Under the pieces are notes generated by a model, which was not told the DNA's origin, did not search any database, and saw only the letters and a program-made list of their open reading frames with translations. A stretch of DNA of 64,000 bases. Origin: a virus. Shown here piece by piece: positions 63,071 to 64,000 of the stretch. The translations under genes and the position numbers were made by a program. Numbering within the stretch: position 1 is the first letter of the stretch; the number at the start of each line of letters is the position of its first letter. The stretch is taken from the IMG/VR virus record IMGVR_UViG_3300027759_000079, positions 4,850 to 68,849 of that record; one strand, 5' to 3'.

Positions 63071-64000
63071 GGCTAGAAAGAAGATTAAATTGGATTTTGT
63101 CTATACCATTATGTTGGTAATCGTAATTTTTTTGAGTTCCCAAATGCGGCAGGAATGTAATGTCGAAATAACCTTCGCCTTTAGCGTGACCTTCCATAGT
63201 CAACAGGTTCTCCATTGCAGGGCTAAACTGTAAAACTTTATGGATATGAGGATTGCCGTTAAGCAGCTCGTTAAATTCTGGCTTTGTAGCAAAGTAGATA
63301 TTGTATTCAGGATATACTTCCTTAATCGAAGGAAGCAAAGAAGTGCTCATGAAAACATCGCCAGCACTTTGTGGCATAACGAATAAGATTCGACGACCGA
63401 GATCATCTTTGTCAAGTAAGTCGGACAATTCAATTTTACTGTTTTGCTGATTCTCTTTGGCTCCAACATTTCTAAAATAAGATAAGATTTGATCTCTGGT
63501 TACTCCTTTGTTTAGTTGAGAAATCCAAGTTTTAAGACCATCATCATTCTCATCAACTGTCATTCTAAGAATGTTTTTGTATAAGTCGATAACCCAAGCT
63601 ACGTTGTCTTCTGTATCGAGAGGAATATGGTTTGGATTACGCGGAACAAAGTCGTCCTCAAAATTCCATTCAACAGTTGTGGAGTTGTCGATAATTTCTT
63701 CTAATTGTTTGCCAATAACCTCCGCAGAAAGATTCTCGATAACAAACTTTCTAGCTTTCTTACCCATCACAAGACGTTTTTCGAGAGGCATCTTGTAAAC
63801 TCGTTCAATTTTCTCAGCAATAGACTCAGGAAGTGTGGTCGCTTTGATGAAATTAGTGCCCGGTTCGTAGTACGGCTTCCAAGTAAGAGGCATACCACCA
63901 CTTTCTTCGGTAGAAAAGTCTTCTCCGCATGAATAATTGGTGACCAAAGTGATCAAGCCAGTTAGTTTAGCCTCAGTAACAGGAATTTCTTGACCACCAC
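63057..64000 (-). CDS. GT4 + GT9-N fusion glycosyltransferase (starts beyond window)
   Basis: Open to edge: GGQEIPVTEAKLTG (GT4 motif); SAGDVFMSTSLL..IK...LLNGNPHIHKV (GT9 N-domain). Confidence 0.75.
   Translation of the reverse strand, partial: GGQEIPVTEAKLTGLITLVTNYSCGEDFSTEESGGMPLTWKPYYEPGTNFIKATTLPESIAEKIERVYKMPLEKRLVMGKKARKFVIENLSAEVIGKQLEEIIDNSTTVEWNFEDDFVPRNPNHIPLDTEDNVAWVIDLYKNILRMTVDENDDGLKTWISQLNKGVTRDQILSYFRNVGAKENQQNSKIELSDLLDKDDLGRRILFVMPQSAGDVFMSTSLLPSIKEVYPEYNIYFATKPEFNELLNGNPHIHKVLQFSPAMENLLTMEGHAKGEGYFDITFLPHLGTQKNYDYQHNGIDKIQFNLLSSHALT

Overview
This window is 64 kb of an AT-rich, large tailed dsDNA bacteriophage genome (standard genetic code, no visible host genes). Left end: terminase large subunit (cut by the window edge), an ERCC4-type nuclease, a phage sigma factor and PhoH. 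Next come small accessory genes and three HNH endonucleases. An apparently GC-richer early-gene island (~12.9-21 kb) is organised by four phased TGTTCCAC arrays and a repeated CCGGGCCGGGCCCGG core. The middle carries RuvB-like, rIIA/rIIB and UvsE genes, five tRNAs, a run of unexplained structured RNAs, a csgF-csgG-curlin-FecR-CHASE2/adenylate cyclase operon, and a T4 beta-glucosyltransferase-like gene next to a deaminase. The right part has a lambda-type tail tip (L, K, I, split J) with carbohydrate-binding insertions, nrdAB and glycosyltransferases. Main leads: (1) the TGTTCCAC/GC-core cassette architecture, (2) the curli-pore/FecR/cyclase operon, (3) the tandem ncRNA units upstream of tRNA-Gly, (4) a GTGTAA promoter-like motif, (5) CCWGG avoidance. 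All protein calls come from motif recognition by eye, not database searches.
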